Shown: positions 62,632 through 64,000 of the stretch, in pieces
Layout: every line of letters begins with the position of its first letter
How positions within the stretch are numbered: the stretch's first letter is position 1
Source: Eubacteriales bacterium
GTDB taxonomy: Bacteria; Bacillota; Clostridia; Oscillospirales; QAKW01
DNA length: 64,000 bases
Reading direction: 5' to 3'
Assembly (NCBI GenBank): GCA_045612565.1
Contig: JAZKZG010000028.1
Coordinates: forward strand, 714 to 64,713
Translations under genes and position numbers: made by a program
Notes under the pieces: model-generated
What the model saw: the letters and a program-made list of their open reading frames with translations, nothing else
Databases searched by the model: none
Told to the model about the DNA's origin: nothing

Positions 62632-63879
62632 TTATTCTAATTCCAAAGCCTTTTTATAATTTTCAACCTGTTTCTCAGTGGGTTTGAAATCCGGTTGAGA
62701 ACAGCAAGGCAGCGTCGGTTTGGTGCCGTCCGTGTTGTAGAACGGCGACAACCGGTCGTTTTCATAGAGTTTGCAGTCCTCTTCCTTGGTAAAATCGGGA
62801 ATGTCATACGGCTTACCACCTTCAAGCATTGAGCGATGAGCAAGAATTGCTACAGAAGACATATTGATGGCGCTGTATATATCAAAAGGATGTTCCGGTT
62901 GTTTGCCTTGCTTTATGCAGTCAAGGAATACACGGCAGGTTAAATAATCCCCACCACCGTGACCGCTGGTTTTGAATATTTCTTCATCAGGGTCGTTCCA
63001 CTTGGGCTCATACAGATTTACCGCATCCATATCCTCGGGCTTTGACCAGCTGTTATAACGGAGCATGATCTTGTTACCCATTCCACGTAAATTTTCTATC
63101 TGTCCATTGGTTCCGCATATTCTATACGCATTATGATGTGCGCCAAATGCCGCACAACCGGTTACTCTGAAAATAGAACCGTCATCATTTTGAGTTGTAA
63201 TAATAGAAACCCCGTCACCGCCAAAACTCGCCGTGGGAACATCACCCTCTACAGGTGCAAAGGAAGCGAAGGAGGTTACCTTCTTAGGAGTTGCCCCGGT
63301 TGCCCACATAATAGGGCCCAAAGAATGCGTTACATAATAACTTCCCGGCAAGAAATTGCGCCAATGCCCGGGAAAATAGTTATATACTTTTTTAAACGTT
63401 GTATCATTCGGGTTGACGGGATGATTATATTCACCTTCAGCATAAAGAATTTTACCCAAAGTTCTACCGTCGCAAACACGCTTCATTTCACGGTTGAATA
63501 TCATTTGAGGGTAGTTTTCTGCAAGCATATAAATACTATTGCTCTTTTCAAATGCTTTTAGCAGTTCTATACCCTCTGCCATAGTACCGTTACTGATGCA
63601 TTCGCTGAAAACGTGAATTCCTTTTTCAAAACATTTTATAGCGTACGGCGCGTGATCATAAAAATAGTTTGCAATCACTACAGCATCCAGACCGTGGCCG
63701 AGGAAAGCATCAAAATCGGAATAAACTGCCGTATCAGTTCCTACTTTTTTAGTTGCCGCATCTAAACGTTCTTTATTAAAATCGCATATAGCGACAATAT
63801 CAGCTCCAAGAAGCATAAAATCCCTTGCGAGATCCATTCCTCTGCCAACACCAAAAATACCCATTTTAATTTTTTTCAT
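62632..63879 (-). CDS. Gfo/Idh/MocA family oxidoreductase
   Basis: ATG (complement 63877-63879) lies 9 nt after AAGGAG. MKKIKMGIFGVGRGMDLARDF is the Rossmann N-terminus. About 415 aa. Confidence 0.8.
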   Translation of the reverse strand: MKKIKMGIFGVGRGMDLARDFMLLGADIVAICDFNKERLDAATKKVGTDTAVYSDFDAFLGHGLDAVVIANYFYDHAPYAIKCFEKGIHVFSECISNGTMAEGIELLKAFEKSNSIYMLAENYPQMIFNREMKRVCDGRTLGKILYAEGEYNHPVNPNDTTFKKVYNYFPGHWRNFLPGSYYVTHSLGPIMWATGATPKKVTSFASFAPVEGDVPTASFGGDGVSIITTQNDDGSIFRVTGCAAFGAHHNAYRICGTNGQIENLRGMGNKIMLRYNSWSKPEDMDAVNLYEPKWNDPDEEIFKTSGHGGGDYLTCRVFLDCIKQGKQPEHPFDIYSAINMSSVAILAHRSMLEGGKPYDIPDFTKEEDCKLYENDRLSPFYNTDGTKPTLPCCSQPDFKPTEKQVENYKKALELE

Positions 63880-63901
63880 AATAAGCAACTCCTTATATTT
63901 T

Positions 63902-64000
63902 TTAAATCGGTATTGCAAACAGCAACAATAAACCGATAAACGCAACAATGATTGATAAAATCTCTTTTTTAGAGGGTTTGTTTTTTCCAAAAAAGCAAAT
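63902..64000 (-). CDS. 3' end of an unidentified gene (C-terminal hydrophobic segment), runs off the window end
   Basis: The open frame ...ICFFGKNKPSKKEILSIIVAFIGLLLLFAIPI* stops 22 nt upstream of the oxidoreductase ATG, which suggests an operon. Confidence 0.3.
   Translation of the reverse strand: MCFFGKNKPSKKEILSIIVAFIGLLLLFAIPI

Overview
This 64-kb window is an origin-proximal chromosomal segment of a spore-forming Firmicute. I infer a Clostridia-like organism from spoVT, ylmC/ymxH, a yaaH/sleL-like gene, an SLH-anchored giant wall protein and general gene content. The housekeeping core on the + strand is thiN-mnmG-rsmG-noc, then two structured 202-bp tandem repeats and two perfect parS sites, then parA-parB, rnhA, nifS-nifU, ymdB, tRNA-Leu(UAA) and dnaA-dnaN-recF-remB-like-gyrB-gyrA. 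The left 28 kb is mostly on the - strand. It holds a lysine-riboswitch-controlled amino-acid ABC transporter, an HAD-radC-mgtC-DUF3048-nitroreductase operon, upp, two tandem paralogous orphan SBP-like lipoproteins, rlmH, a NUDIX gene, an orphan XRE/zinc-ribbon switch, glf and a 1591-aa SLH surface protein with a consensus promoter. The right end is accessory. It holds an O-acetyl-sugar-type locus (esterase, acyltransferase-3, unknown 633-aa protein, DMT transporter, PocR-AraC regulator), spoVT, a DUF4375 (DMP19-like) gene, an XRE-HTH::ADP-ribosylglycohydrolase fusion, an esterase and a Gfo/Idh/MocA oxidoreductase. The most unusual observations are these. (1) Two 176-bp direct repeats each carry a terminator hairpin and a 24-codon stub that keeps the first 11 residues of SpoVT/AbrB, and they bracket accessory modules next to the real spoVT. 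(2) The dnaA-dnaN spacer has a clean DnaA-trio run but no consensus DnaA box; instead it has about six phased copies of TTTTAAACA(GTTTC). (3) Gene-strand bias switches at about 28.1 kb, 15 kb left of dnaA, in a 443-bp AT-rich T-tract spacer. (4) A degraded IS200/RayT-like Y1 transposase coexists with REP-like hairpins that show compensatory stem changes. No CRISPR array, rRNA, intact transposase or recognisable defence system was seen. All family assignments come from reading the translations, not from database searches.
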